A stretch of 64,000 nt of DNA from Tubulanus polymorphus (lineage: Eukaryota > Animalia > Nemertea): positions 4,444,778 to 4,508,777 of the forward strand of contig NC_134030.1 in assembly GCF_964204645.1 (NCBI RefSeq), in the 5' to 3' direction. Of this stretch, positions 34,101 to 49,485 are shown in pieces. Position 1 is the first letter of the stretch. Each line of letters opens with the position of its first letter. The notes under the pieces are model-generated. The model did not search any database. It worked only from the letters and a program-made list of their open reading frames with translations, and was not told where the DNA came from. Position numbers and translations under genes: made by a program.

Positions 34101-37100
34101 AGAAGTTCTCCCTGAAAGGTTATTATTGTTTCTGTGCTCATTTTATGAGATTGAAAACGATTAACGATTATCTAAGATGGTCGACACATCATGGATCGTG
34201 ATCTGTACAATAAACGATAGGACGATATTGAATAAGAATATCATTAAGAAAGCTGAAAACATACATCATTCTTTCTGATCTTTATGAAACGTTATTGAGT
34301 TACGTAAATATTCAATCCACCTCGGCTCCAAAATATGAAAATTGTGTGGCAAAATGTGATCCCTTTTGAAGATTATGTGCCAGAAACATTTTTTAGATAG
34401 TGCATCATCATGCACTAACCACGCGGGACCTGTATATATTACTTCCATCCTATGTAATATTAAAACGATTAGATTCTTTTATTCAGTTAAAATGCTTTCC
34501 GGCACATGTTAATCTGATTTTCATAGATGTATATTGCTGCAATATGCAATCGTGCCTCGGATTAATGCATAGTCCAGGAGTTAGGAAGAAGATGTGCCAC
34601 TGAAAGAAAATGTTCTGGTTTTTCTTGTTCTTGTAGACTCAATGATTTCCTTCATATATCAACTTCTTGTCTAAGATTCTCTTGTCTTCCTCGCCTAAGA
34701 TTTTTTTCCGATTTTTTCATTAACTCCCGACTTAAGTCCACATTTATTGGTCCTCTCTGCGCGTGGAGGCATACTGGGTTCATCCAAAGGCCGTCCATGG
34801 TTTTTCGCTTTTTTTCAACCAACGTACTACCACACTAATACGAAGAGAAAAGCTGCTCCTAATCATGAACTGAAATGTTTCAGATTCAAAACACCTAGTC
34901 TGTCTATTAAGTAGCCTTAAAATAAACGATCATTGGTGGATGTTGGCTTACAGCATGCAACTTGATGATTTGTTCTGCTTCAGAGTCAAACAGAAAATTG
35001 GATTTCATTTAGATTCTTGTTCTATCGAATATTTCAATTTGTTAGTCTGGTTATAGAATTGAGCTTAACTGGCTTCGTCAAAAGTTTCGACAGGAGCCGT
35101 TATCATCGACTAACAGCCTTATTTGCCTGAGGAATTCAACGAATAGGCTTACTCATTTTTCGGAATGAAATATCTCCCAAAGTTTACTACTATTCGTGTT
35201 TTCAACGTCGTAATTTGAAAGAGTGAATAAATGCCAGATTTATGTTTATTTCTCGACGTTATCTTAAACTCGTTACGTCTGGTTTTGTTTGCGGAATTTC
35301 TCGATTATCGCGCTGTCTATCCCGTTTATACACCCACGATGTGCAAATAGATTTCAATTATATTTTTTCCAATGCATTTTGTTGAGATCCGTCGTCACCA
35401 AACAGGATCATTGGCTTTTCCTTTTGCGAACGATTTTTTTGACGATGATGAACGATAAACAAGAAAACTAACTTGAAAGTTTTTTTTTGACGCCTTGAAA
35501 AATAGCGCATATATTGCTTAATATTGTCGACAATAGATGATGTGTTGGAAATATAGATAAAATATCAATAAAGTTATTTGGAATTTAACGATACCGATAC
35601 TTGAATTGAATTGAGCGGTAACCAGTCTAACCCCGATATATTGACGACGTAGTGCACGTCCTCTGAAAATGAATAGTCAAAAAAGACATCGAATAAAAAA
35701 ATAGCCATGAGATATGTTCATAAAAATAAACGCCCAAATTCACACTGTATTTTGAAACGCCGACATTGATGACGTATTGCACATTGACTCACACATAACC
35801 CCTCAAATAACGCATAGTAGTGATGTTGTATAAAAACATTACCGTAACCGTTTTTACGGCGTCTTTACTCGTTATTATGATAGAGTCCATTTTTAGATTT
35901 TTGTTAAACTAATGTTGTGAGCGACCAAGGAAGCCGGATCCTAATGATTCTTGGCGGCCTCTTTGATTCCCTCTAATCCAATTCGTGTGGAAAAAGCGTC
36001 GCACTTTCTCAGAGAAAACTCTCAAATCTAGCAATGAAATTAGCCATAGAATTTTTCAAGTAGTTTGTTTTTGCAGGTAATTCCAACTTTGACCTTATTT
36101 TCATAGAAAATTTCGTAGACGCTTTTGGCGCTTCGACATTTTTGCCTTTATTATATCACGATGTTTGTGACCGGCATCTATGACATTTCCACTCTTGTTA
36201 ATTATAATGGCGGTTTCAGCTGAAAATAGCTTCATCCTGTCAAGAAGTCTTTTCATCACTCACTCTTTGACGTATCGGACAAAAATAGTCAATTTTATAC
36301 GGGTTCGTGCCTGCAGCACTGACGCTTCGTTGGCTAGCCGCGTCTCGTTACTCCGTGTTAGAATAGACTCGGCAAACTCCGTGATGTTCACCATCAACGG
36401 AACGTCACGATAAAACTCTGATCTCACAGTCTCATGGACCGTCATGTTTCTGCTTATTCAAAGCCGGAAGGTTTCGAGCTATTAGAAACAGACGGAAAAA
36501 GGCACCTAAAAACGAACCGAAACGGTTCACCGGCTCGCCGAGCAGCACGTCATGCGTCTGGGTTTGAAGGCAAGTCGATAAGATTCGTGCCGAAACGAAG
36601 ATGAAAATGGATGGAAAATGGATACGCCTTTTAGATAGAGTAGTCGCGAGTTAATGGTGACTAGCCCCATAGCGTCATATGCCAGAGACAAACAGAAATC
36701 CTTCTTTTACCCGCGGCCTAATGTTTTACCTTGTCGTTTACAGCGCGTTGCGTCGATGTCGAGAGAGCTTGAAAGCAATTTGCTCAAGATTACAATGTCG
36801 CTGCGGAGCGCTATGTTTGAGAGGTAAAGCATTTGAGTGATTTGTTAAACAAATGTTACCACGTACGCGCGTACACAATTCCTTTGAAGGCGACCAAAAG
36901 CTCTTAGCGAGCCCAGAAAAACGAGCAGGTGTTACAGGAATTCTGGCTTTTATGGTACTTTCGATTACATTTTTTACACTCCGAGTTGACTTTGTTTACA
37001 ATGTACACCACGACTTTCTTTCGTCAGACGCCAAAGGAGCAACGACGCGAAGCGAATTAAGCCGATTTGCCGCCACACTTCTGATCAACCCGAAACAACA

Positions 37101-37945
37101 TTTACACCGTAACATTACATAATACGAGATAATACGAGAAAAAGATGACCATGAATCATTTCATAGATTGTTTTCCGTCAATCTGTTGTCGATCATTTTT
37201 TTTTAACAAGAACTTCATCTGCCATAATTTACATCAGTACATTAAACTTACATAATTGACTTGCAAACAGCATTTGAAATGTATTATATGCATTGCCAAG
37301 TGTAAAGGAAAATGTTAAGTGTACAAAGATGGCAGACCAAATTCCATAGTAGGAAAAAAGTAGAATACAATGAAAGTATCTGAGTAGTTGTTGATAGTAT
37401 ATTGTTGGTGTGAATGCAGCTTTAAAGGTTAATATCATAATAATATTACTGATTAATATTAAATCAAATAATTCAAACGAAGCGATTTTCGCCGACGCAG
37501 ACCCAGACCTTGCGTAAACTGAAACCAAACACCTACCGATAGATAAAGATGCAATGAAATTCTTTTGGCTCTTTATGAATCATCGTCGGAATTTTATCGC
37601 CAGTAAATAAATCAAAAGCTAATCATGAGAGTGAAAGTTTCGAAGAAGTTAAGAACGATATGCCGTTTCAGCCCGGCTCGATTCCCGCGCTAATATCATA
37701 CTCTCAAGTGAAAATTCTTTCTCAGATAGCAACGATGTTAGATTTCTAATGGCGTAAGAACACCAGATTACGTGGTTTATATCAAATCTTATGTTCGCAT
37801 GCCGATCTATGATTCATTATAGACATCGTGTAAGACTCAACTTTAGTGAGAAAGCGAAACGGTTATGGGTATTCATAAACACCTGATCATACGAGTTATA
37901 TATTCACCAATTCGCCGTGATCTATAGATAAAGATAATATACGTA

Positions 37946-38097
37946 CAGTCAAATCCCGATATACCACCCGACAGCCGCCACCCCCGCCTACCGCCAGGTT
38001 TTCTCAATGTACATCTCTATAGAAATACATAATAAAACATCCCCGCTATACCGCCATACGCTCTATACCGCCAAAATTGTTCTGCACCGGTTGACTG
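37946..38097. mobile_element. Tc1/mariner(pogo)-like MITE
   Basis: TA|CAGTCAA ... TTGACTG|TA; internal TATACCGCCA-type repeats. Confidence 0.75.
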
Positions 38098-41000
38098 TAG
38101 ATATAGAAATGATTCAGAAAGGCTTATTCATTTTCGGAGTTAGTTAAGATTCATCTACAACACGGCGCTCATGCACGAGACGAGTCGCGTGATTCGCAAG
38201 TGACTTTTTCATCGGAATGTAATTTTCATTCGATGCAGTCTAAATCATTTTTCATAATAACCTTAAAAGAACGCGATCGGTGTGTATAATTGCCACGGAA
38301 CTGCTTTCGCAGCCAATTAATTCTATAGTTCGCGTGCAAGATTCGGAAAAACGACGAGTAATGAAACGCTGCGATCTTATTTCGAAATTCAAGGTCACAG
38401 TCGTCAAGACGCGCTTGGTTTACAGCTGAATTCGGTATTCATAATACATCATACCTTTCATTGCAGACTTCGTTCGTCTGAGACTTCGACAGCGCATAGA
38501 ACTACTCGTAAATTGAATTTTACGGTCTTGGAAGGCGAAAGGCCTGATTTCCATCTGTTTGCATATCATGCAATTTATTTTGACCCCGATCTTTTGCTAG
38601 TCCATTTACGTGATACGAATCGTAAACACATATGTAAGACTTCTTTTTGCGCATTACGAAGTTTTGTCCATTCTCTACTTGGATTCGAATGTTTACGGCT
38701 TCGATGCTGATTTAACAATGGTTTGCTCTCGTACAGATGGAAGCTCGATAAGTGGACGGAACTCTGATTTTCCGTCGAAAACAGTAACCGACCGCATTGT
38801 GCTGAACATGTAATTAGTCGATTGGACCTACACTGATGTTTTTATCTCTCCGGGGACGGACCATATCGAGATTAGTCTTTCGTCGATTATGCTCAAGTCA
38901 AATTATCCCTAATAGCTATCGTCTGGCTAATAGGTCTCAGGCCAAGGTCGTGCTTGGATAGGATGATTCGGAAAGATTTACTTCCCGATAGCCCTGATTA
39001 CAAACTCCCCAATGGCTATCTAAAATAGTACACTATGTATATAGTACAACGATTTAGATATTAACCCGAGGTTCAAGGCCTATACCTTTAGTATTCTACA
39101 ACGTAATCAAACCAACCGTATATCGTAACTTTTCGCGATCCATCAGTGGCAAAAACCACCATAAATCAATCACCCCATAAATAAATAAATGTTCGAGGCA
39201 TACAGAGCGATGCCGAGAGAAAATACGTTGTAAAATCGGTCGGGGTTTATACATTCTATTTCCCGAGTAAGTCATAAACTGGTCGTACATTTGCAGATAA
39301 CCGGCGATTAACAAGGGGCCGAAATGGTCAACTCTACAGTCAATTTATTCACTGCGGAGATGATAAAAGAGAACGCAACCACAACGATACAGACACTAAC
39401 TTAAACCTGCGGGTTGATTATCTAGTCTGTGGAGCCTTACTGAAACGAGATTATTTACATTTCATTAGTTTCGTTTGTTTCATCTCATATCTTTTTACAG
39501 ACATCATTATCAACCAATTAAGTTTATTGAGATATATTTGAAGGGGTTAAACTGTACGATGTGACGATGTTCTAGTTTGGGGATTAAATTTTCCATTAAG
39601 CGTACATTCTAATTACTCTGCGGATCACAGGGTCCTGATAAATCTATCGTTGTATATATCAGTTTGAAATATGCGTTTCAATTTTTGCTACGATATCAAT
39701 AACGATGACGTTTCTCACTGGAAACAAATTTTCGAATGCGAATTTTGCAAACCTGCACTCAGCGATCTCAGCGACGTATATCGGGATAGAATTCGTGTTG
39801 CAAGAACCGTCGAACCGTCAAGAGAACGAGTGCATCTGTCGACAAATATACTGATCCCACTGATGGACGTTCAGAACACGACTGTAATGGCAATTTCAAC
39901 AGGACAGTATTTACCGACTTCATTTCTTTCCCATGATTGATGTTCGTCGAGCCTTTGATACGAGGTACTTAATAATGAAATTATAACAAACAACGGCTTT
40001 TCTGTGTAATGGATATTCGTTGAAAAATAACGATCTTTTTTTATACCACGCGAGTAGAGGCGATAAGACGGGCAGAAAAAGGTAGAAATAAAAAGTATTT
40101 TCAGACTAAGGATAACGACGACAGAACCTCTTCTGTAATAGAAGAATAACACGAAGATTTTTTTTTCATATCAACACAGTTTGTCATTATTACTTGACGA
40201 ATTTACCATGAGAGGCATTTGCATTTTCTTTCGTTTGTAGAACTTTATACTACGATACACAATTTCATCACATCAACACGGTAATATATATATCAAGATG
40301 GACCTGACAGGCGTAATATTAGTGAAGCTCGACTGGTGCCTTTCGATACGGCTATTTGGACGCTGTCAAATTCGAGATGAACTTCATTTCGTTTTGAAAA
40401 GCTTCATCCGGTGTCATGTTGTCGGCGCATAACGGTGGATTGCGCTCATGGCAGCGCGTACCAAACGAGGCGTTCATTTCAATAGCGATGCTGATCTTTT
40501 GGCGGACAAATTGACGGTAACGTCGTTACCCGGCCTAAAATAACACTGAAAATCTATTTACCGGTTTCCGCGAACGGCGTGTCACTTCCATTCTCGTTTG
40601 ACTTGTAAGATAAGATATGGTAGAAAACGAGCGTTCACCTCCCAATGACACCCGACTGTATGAGGCTTCTCTTCAGCCAACCATACCGACAGACGTCATG
40701 TAGCAGAAGTACGAGTGAAATGAACTGTTTGATAATCAAATGACAGAGAAAATCTGAGACTGTACAAGGACAGAGAAAATCTCATATCAAGGTGATCGCA
40801 GAAACCTGCAGACGATATAGTGTTCCCAAATCAATCTACCGATACACTCATTTTCGAGGAATCCTTCAAATTAGAATCGATTTTGTCCATTCCTCACACC
40901 TTGATTAGATGGAGAACCTATCCAACTGAATGACAGGTCAGTGACGTGACGTCACTCCATGAAATAACGGGATAGATTGACTGAAATCTTCGGCTATTAA

Positions 41001-44000
41001 TTATAAACACGGAGACAGAATCTTGATTAACAAGTTCGTTGCTAATTTGACTAATATATGCGATTGGCTTTTATTGGAGTGTGGTGCATTAGGTGCACTT
41101 TGTGATGTATTTGGTTAAGTGCGTATGCAACCATGGTTCAGTCAGTTCACCGATTTTCGATGATGTCATGCTAAAGATGTTAGATTTCCTTTTCGTGGAA
41201 GCTCGTCAGTGTTAATTAGAGCTCGCCGTGTCATTCCGGAACGCCGACTGCACACATTTGCACTTTTCTCTTGAATTAATTTTTAACCCTTATTCTTATT
41301 TTAGGTCGGCTCGGTTGTCGACTCGTAAAATTATCTCCGATGTGGAGAAACGGGAATTAATGCATCCCTAATTATACAAAGAACATTTAAGTTTCATTAA
41401 TCATGGACCCGCAGGACTGAGAATACAATTACGATTAGCATATTTTCTACAATTCATTATACCCTTGATAGCTGTAGTCAGTGAAATTACGTGCGAGTTT
41501 GTGTCCGTGGATCTATCAGAGTGTCGCTCCCGATGAGCCCTTCATTCTCGTTCTACGAATCGCAGACTACACAAAATACAATTATGGAAATTACGAGTCG
41601 CTATCTTTGGCGGCTAGTAGCCTAATAGAAAACTATGCCGCGACTGTGTCCGGAATAGCTATGAGTTTTTTGCTCAATGAAGAACCCGGAGGAGATAGGG
41701 AAAGCTGTTTTGCGATATGTTCATAAACGCTTTTATTTGACCAAATTCGAGTTAACGTCGTACTTTCACATACGAAATTACGCGCAAATCCACATTACTA
41801 AAAAGCTTAACACTTAAATTTAGGTTACATCAAATCCGACTGTTTTGCCCATATTTTTTTAGAAACCGTTGGTTTTGCAAATACTTTTCAAAGCGAGCGA
41901 AATTTTGCAAATTCTCTCAGATTTCCACTAGTGAAATATTCATAGGAAGGTGTAAGCTAATAGCACCTGAGTACAGAAATTGCGCACGTACTATGCAGGA
42001 AATACACAGAACGTGCAGGTTCGGCCGCAGGTGTCTTCAGCTATGCGGTGGTTATAAAATCTCAAATTTATTAGCTCGACGATTCGAAGCCCCCGTAATC
42101 CGCGCCGACAAGACACTCGCACCGACGCTGTACCCGGTATTCTTTCCTCCTATAAATAGATACGACACGGGATTCAACAAGAATTCAATTAGAATCGGCT
42201 TGTATTTGACACGTTGAACCGACGAACCGGGGATCAGTCGCCAAGCTAGAAAATTCTGCCGACATAAATCTCTGGAAGAGATGATTCGTCTCGAAAAATC
42301 GATCATTCTAAGCAGCGCCTTCTTCGCGGGCGTAAAACCCGAGTGGCTGATAAACTTTTTCTCGACGTGTTCCAAGTGTAAAAAATATTTATCTAGTTTC
42401 TAAATAATTCATCGCAGCTTTTTATCGATGAATTATGAATTATATTTCACACCATTGAACTGGCGAAAGCATCCCGTCTCTCTTTTTCTCGCATATTTTG
42501 CTGTAAGTCTTTGTCACGGGGAATAGATCAGTTTGTTCTTAAATCTCTAACATTTACATATTCAGGACGGTAACATTTCCTCCCGATAAGACAAAACGTC
42601 GTTACTTGTCAACTACCGTGTCGCAAGTCTTTGCATTTATCTCAAGTTATTCCAAAGAGACGAATTAATGTATATCGTAAACATATTTGAATTATTTTTC
42701 TCTTTCTCTCTCATATCATCATCATCATCATTATCATTACACTAATGCAAAAATGAGCGTATCTTGAATTTATGAGGCCTTTGAGAAAATCGCTTCCACG
42801 CTTGTTTCTGCTGTCCATGCCGCAACTTCCGTACATCGCCGGCAAATGAGATATTTTAGGAGAAACGCCATTTGCATCTATCGGCGTATATACACGACGT
42901 ATATAAACGCAGCCACTATGACCGATAAGCACTGGCCATTCTTCATCGTACGAGTGACTGACTCTGTGACGGATCAAGCCAAAGATGCAAGGCTTACCGC
43001 CAGCGATGCGTGTCTAATTTCTGTAACCGTATCGATAGATAATATCCGGCCGATGGGGAAACGTCGGATATATCATGAACTGGCTCCCGTACTCAGTCCA
43101 CGAGACCGTCTCCTATTATGCAGCGTCATAAGCTGTCCCGTTAACGATTATCTGCGCGTTAACTTTGACTGACGAGAATAACTATAGTACGGATGACCGA
43201 CTGAGCAATGATTGAGTAAGTTATTAAGTCAACTTATAGGGGAGATTTCCGACATGCTTACCTAATGGGTTTCTGAGATCGACGGCCATTACCATGCCGT
43301 CGCAATAATTCACGGAGGTGGAGAGCTTCAAGAGGAACAAATCTTTTGTGCCGCTTTGGGCGACACGTAAAGATATACGATCTGATATTCGGCAGAGCGC
43401 CCTGAATACAACCGTACCGAACTCGGTTCATGGCACTCCCAAATAATTCGAAGCGTTTTTGAAGCATGTTTGAGAAAAATATCACGACAAAAAGATACCA
43501 TTGAAATATCGCTTTAGATTCCTCTCCATTCGATTAAACTGCTGGCAGCTATTGTGGTGTATATATCAAAGAAACCGACACAAATTTCAACGTCGTGACC
43601 GGGCGCCACGTGTATTTCAGTGATGAGGTGGTTTAGGTGTAGGTACATTTTCGAGTTATTAACTATTGCAACTTATGTAAACTATCAGCTATGTGTACCT
43701 TACGTATACATAATGAATCGAATTACCTTGATCCGTTTATACAAGCCAAGAATATAAATCATCGATTGGTTGCGATTAGTCGAATTTCAATTAGTCGCTT
43801 CCGTCTCGGATTGAGTGACGAGGGACCCTAGCACACGGCTAACGTTAACTCACTTAGGGGCTTCACTCGCCGCCCCCGCTACGATTCCGTTCGATTTTCC
43901 CTTATCGACAACGGAGCTCATCAGAATTTTAATGAATGATCAACTCAACATCGGTACTCGGAAGATGTTTGAGAAATGAAACGATACATTTAAAGCATTT

Positions 44001-44361
44001 AGATATGTTTTCACATGATAGGTTGTAGTCGACTGAGTAATATTCTATTAAGATATTTCGAAGTTACACACGCCCGTCGCTCATCATTTTGTTGCGACAG
44101 TTACCTTGAAATCAAGCCCGAATAAATAAAACGGTATACACTGATAAACTATATAAGCCACGTATTGCTCGTTATGGATGCTGATTAAAACTGTCCATGC
44201 ATTTAACCCTTGGCAGGTTACGTATTATACACATTATTGTTCGCATAAAACAGACAGGCACATTCTGGCGTAATATCACATAATTTAGCTTTATTGTTTT
44301 CAATAATTGAGTTTTACGTTTCAGTAACAATTGAAATATACATTTGTAGCGGCTGTTGTCA

Positions 44362-44782
44362 TGACGTCAGGTAACGTCTGCTTAACTCAGGTGGTTAGTC
44401 TGTTCAACCGCCTCTCTATCTATCTATCTCATTCGTCGCCGCTCTATAGTAACGAACGACACATCGGTGCCACACACACACTACAACTACATCCGTAAAA
44501 TCGTTCAATCTCATCGCAAACACTCGTAGAAAACATTCAATAAACCTTTACCGCGTCCGTCGCAAAGAAACGTTTTTGCGCCTTTCTTTCAGCGAAGTCC
44601 CGAACGGATATTACACCGGCTCAATATTCAGTTCACACACTAGAGTGAGAATCGACGACTGGTTTCACCGGCCGCGTTAACTTCGTTCATTCTTTCTCTC
44701 TGATTCTGGATCTACAACAACGTTTCGCTATAACACTTCTCTCCAGACCAGCGACGGTTATTACCTAATTTAGAAGGTAAGC
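44362..44782 (+). promoter_or_regulatory. Candidate promoter and non-coding first exon of a gene whose coding exons lie outside the window
   Basis: Palindromic CRE TGACGTCA at 44362-44369, Inr-like TTCAGTT near 44627, a CpG-rich tract and a strong donor AAG|GTAAGC at 44777. No transcript evidence. Confidence 0.3.
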
Positions 44783-45245
44783 ACGTTTTTTAATCTAGTT
44801 GCTAATTTGCATTCCGACGGATACGTTTGACGGTGATTGTGTTTTATCGCAATTTCCAGTTCACCGTCATTAAACGCGGCTCAAAATGGCATTTGTTTTG
44901 ACGGCGCTTCTTTGTCGTAAGTCAAAGCGGTCGTTGCTATTTAGAAACTAGTGAAAAATCGACCTCGGATTCAGATAGCGTCAGATGGTATTGGTACAGT
45001 TTATGATGGATGTTTTTTTTTTTTAAACTCTGATTTATATTACGATAGAATCATATCAACCACGTAGATATAGGATTGTTATTAGAAATATTCATTTTAA
45101 AGCCAGAGTAAATTTCATAATAATAGATTGTTAGTTGTAAAAAGTAATATTCGTTATTCATTATTTGCGAAGGAATTATATTCCAATTTATGAAATAAGC
45201 TTGGTATAGAACTAAACCTGCGCAAATATCTGATTCAAAGGATGT

Positions 45246-45408
45246 GGATCATTCATTTATTATGTACGCATAAAATTTGAGTCTTTCAACCCCCTCTTTC
45301 CCCATACGCAAAATCGGCCATTTTTCATATAAATTCAGCATTAGAGTACGCAATTGCACTTACCCTTTTCCTCCCCTAATGCGTATACGTAATGAATGAA
45401 TGGCCCCC
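45246..45408. mobile_element. Harbinger-like MITE relic
   Basis: GGATCATTCATTTATTATGTACGCAT ... ATGCGTATACGTAATGAATGAATGGCCCC form imperfect TIRs. Confidence 0.65.
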
Positions 45409-48400
45409 GTTGAAAACAGAATTGAGTGACGCTTTGCCAGATTTAGCATTCAGGGAAAATGAATTAGAAATTCATGTCGAAATCACGGACACGCCTAACA
45501 TGACACCGCCTCATATCTGTACTGGAAACGAAACTCTTTGCCCCTTTCATATATTTAGCGATATCGACTCCATCGCTAATTGACCTATGCCGAAGACCGG
45601 TGATGTAATGGGCAACTTTTTGCGCAGACGATACAATCCGATAAATCGATAAGTAATTAATTTGCTGTTGCAATGTTTTGTTAGTTTCGTTGGGTGAAGA
45701 TTCGATAGATCGCTGAAATCGGCTACATACAGGTATATGTCAGTTCTAAACAACATAATCTCAAACATAACACTTAGCGGTGTCTCACGGATACAACTAT
45801 CTACCATTGATTTCAGAACAGATTAACGAATCCTTCGTTTTATTTATGCGGTAGGCCTGCATTATAAGTAATGTATCAGAATTATGCAACATATGCGTAT
45901 ATATTAACACTTCATACTTTGTATTATATGTATACACACTCGCAATTGGAGGGTTTTTGATAATATAGGGGGGTAACTGAAAATATACATTTGACATTTT
46001 CACAGGTAGAAACTGCATGGTATATGCTTGATGCTTGCAGTAATAATTCTGAAGATGATTACTCTAAGAATGACATGTAACCGTCACATTTTCTATGTTT
46101 ATCCCTTCAAAAAAGAATCATATACGATTTTGTGCCGGTGACTGGCACCTTTATAAAGTTACACTAAATAATTGCATGCGGTTGAAAAGTTCTTTCTATT
46201 TTCTACTACCGGTATGTTTTTGCGACTACTAAATTCCCCTGTGAAATGCATGCTGTTCTTTGTGAGAATCGACTAAAATACCTATCGTCGAACTTCTAAA
46301 TCGAAGGAGAATACATCCTGTGCAATATCTACAAATATATATACACATGGCTAACGGGTAGTTGATATCAACGGCTTCATCACCACAGTAACAATTAGTA
46401 ATTGTTTTTCTTGCATCTGTAAGAATGTCGTGTCTCAGCTTATTGATCAAGATAAAGAACGATGTAGAATATAACATGTATCATCACATACGAATACGTG
46501 TATGCACGAACAAAACTTGTCGTCGAAACGTTCAATATGCAATACGCACTTTCTTCTATTCTCGAAGTCGATAACGACATTGAAGTTTCCGATAAGAAAT
46601 CGTTTGGAAAGATAGAAAAATGATTTAAATTTGCAAATTCCAATCCTAAACGTATTCTAATCGTGAATACTGAATTACCGTCGAAGTTTTAATCTCGTAA
46701 ATTAAAGACGTGCTTCAGAATGATTCTGGGCACGTGGTGCCACACACAGCTGCAATCTGACTTTTTAATAATCACGGTTAAGAAATGTATCTATTACTTT
46801 TTTCAATGTCGTCTGTACTTTGCATGACACAGGAAACTGAAGTCCATATTATAAACCAACTTTTAGGCGGCCATAGCATTTTGTGATGAGGATTCAGCAA
46901 TTTGGAAATTTCACTATTGGGACGTAGCCCTTGAAAACATTACGAAAGATTTCCATTAAGGGGACCTTTCTGTTCGAGAGTATATCAAACAAATAAATAT
47001 CCCGTTTATCACATGTATACAATACGATCATCCCGCTCATCTATGATAGTTTACAGCAGTCTACGTATGTTTAATTATTCATGAATTGTCAATATCACTG
47101 ACGGTATTCATACGACGACGTTGTCACCCGTTTTTCTTTCAACTTGTCGTGGCGTAAGATAATTCGTAAAAATGAAGATCGATACTACAAAAAACCTCTC
47201 TTTTTCTCGAGTCTGATCGGTTTTCGTTGATAATTGAATATGCAAATTGTGTCGATTTTGAGTTCGCTAAGGACAATCCGGGTACACGTATATCCACACG
47301 TTTATGAACCACGAAATTTTTTACGTTTATTTTAATTTATTCGGATTATCTGGTAAATTTGAATATCAATTCGCGACCGATGTATTCCAACGCACTCTGT
47401 AACCCGACCGAATACGACAGAATATTGGACTTACGCGTACATCTTTAAATCGGTTTTACGCTGTTGTTTCCGACGATTATGAAATATTAAAGATTTTTGC
47501 AGTTGCGTTAAATGTGACCCAGATAAGTTCGAGCGGGTGGGGTATTATTATTTTGTTCGCGTGATCATGAATTCCTATCCGAACCAAACAATATTCACGT
47601 GTGTCTGTCGATGGTATATCGGAATCCCTTCATAATTCATATACGGAATACAGCATTAGAACGAGTTGCCTCACGCCAGTTGTCAACGTGTCTCAACTAT
47701 TAAAAAAACGATTCGTGTTAAGATGAGTCTAGAGTAGCATAGTAGATTCATAAACTAGAATTTGTGAACATTTGTTTTATGGCTATCAATTTTCAAGATT
47801 CCAAGAAAACCCATTTTCCCTTGTTGGTCTCCAAAATATGCTGGCTTTGGCAGTTTCTGAGATAGCGATCACTATCCATCAGTCCTTAGCAGGGAGGCTT
47901 ATGTTTAACGACTATCGTTGTCGAAGAAAAACTTTATGTTTTTGTTAAAACATGGCAGGTTGCCATTGAGCGACCGGGAGAACATCCTTCACGAAGCCTA
48001 CATTCACGTACCGGTGACCTGATGACAACGATTGATGCGCGATCAAATCCGGAAATGAAACAGAGATCCTGCCGGATGTGACGTCACATTTTTAGCAGCT
48101 GTTCATCTCGATTAAGATATGTATCATATCACAGCACTTCTCTCACTAACGAGTGTGGCTACGTCAGTAAGTTGCCAGGTCAAACCTAGAGTCGAACCTA
48201 TTGAGTTAACCCATTGAAAACCTGATAACGCGATAAAATACATTTTTCCATATCTACTACAATCGTTTTCGGACTAAAATGCAACATATGGCATGTTTGC
48301 ACAATTTTTCTGAAAATGTCTTTATCCTCGGCTGCGACAGCTTTCATCGGAAAAAAACAACATTTCGAGTTCATGAAATATAAGTAGGTGTTGACTGCGA

Positions 48401-49364
48401 CGATTCATTGTACTAATGATGGATTGATTCATGTAGAACACGATTCTATGTGTGATTGACGGTTCTTAATTAAGTGCTGAGCTGTGCGTGCTTTTTTGTT
48501 ACACATCGATAAGACGAAATTCTTATTATCCTGACATATTCTATCTTACGTATTTCTTCAACCACCTTTAGTGACATCCTATCAACTTGTTACATACATT
48601 AAGTTAAAATTCCATAAAAACTGTCATTGAGAACTCTTTCATTGAGAAGTGTCATTATGCATTATGTTTAATCGGCTTGAGCCAACCCCTTCAGAATTTG
48701 AAACCGGACAGTGGTCCATGCAAGCACCCGATGTCCATGTAACCAGAGGAGTGATTAGTGATGATAATTGCACCGATATTGTTAGATAGCTAGTGCGTAG
48801 AAATTATTCATTTCTTTTCTTTTCTGCTCTTAAAAAGAAATCCAAAGAATTGCATTCAATTGATCATTATTTTATAACATGTTAGATCACGTGCGTAGAT
48901 ATTTCTTGATGACAGCACTGGCAATGGCGCTACGGGGTATTAGTTCATAATCAGAAAACAACGACAAATCTCGTCGCAAACGGCGAACTTATAGATGCAT
49001 ATCTGCCGATACGTTTAGCTACGGTTCAGAAATAGACAAACGCGCACCGGATCAAAGTGAAGAGACGCGGTATATCTGCGGGTAACACAAAACTGATGAT
49101 CAGTATTGACCGTCGATCAAAACGAAATGAAATAACAAAATCTATAATCCATGGGAATACACGTCGTATTCTTCGATAGGTGTATGTTACAGTAAATTGA
49201 TATCAATTTGTTAGCGTTAACGTTACAAGACGACAAAAATAAAACATTAAACGTATGCATTTTAAGAAGTCTAGCATTCAAGAAGAAGGTATACCTATTT
49301 TTCTAGTACTTTCTAACCGTTATACCACTAATGCATTGCTCATCTGATATAATAACTGACTCTC

Positions 49365-49485
49365 GGGGCCAGATGAAACTTGAGTCCGATTAAAAGTTGT
49401 CTTATAGGACTGGTCTTAGGTTGTGAGATTGTCTACATAGCAAAGATTGTCGTTAGACTGGTCTCAATTGTAAACATATCGGCCC
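49365..49485. mobile_element. Possible degenerate Harbinger-like MITE
   Basis: GGGGCCAGAT ... ATATCGGCCC ends with two internal GACTGGTCT repeats. Confidence 0.35.

Noticed and set aside
34250-35080. CpG-poor stretch that might be a retroelement ORF relic
   Set aside because: No RT, endonuclease or transposase motif was found in the frames read.
36853-37122. 89-aa ORF with one hydrophobic segment
   Set aside because: No supporting splice sites, paralogue or motif; compatible with chance.
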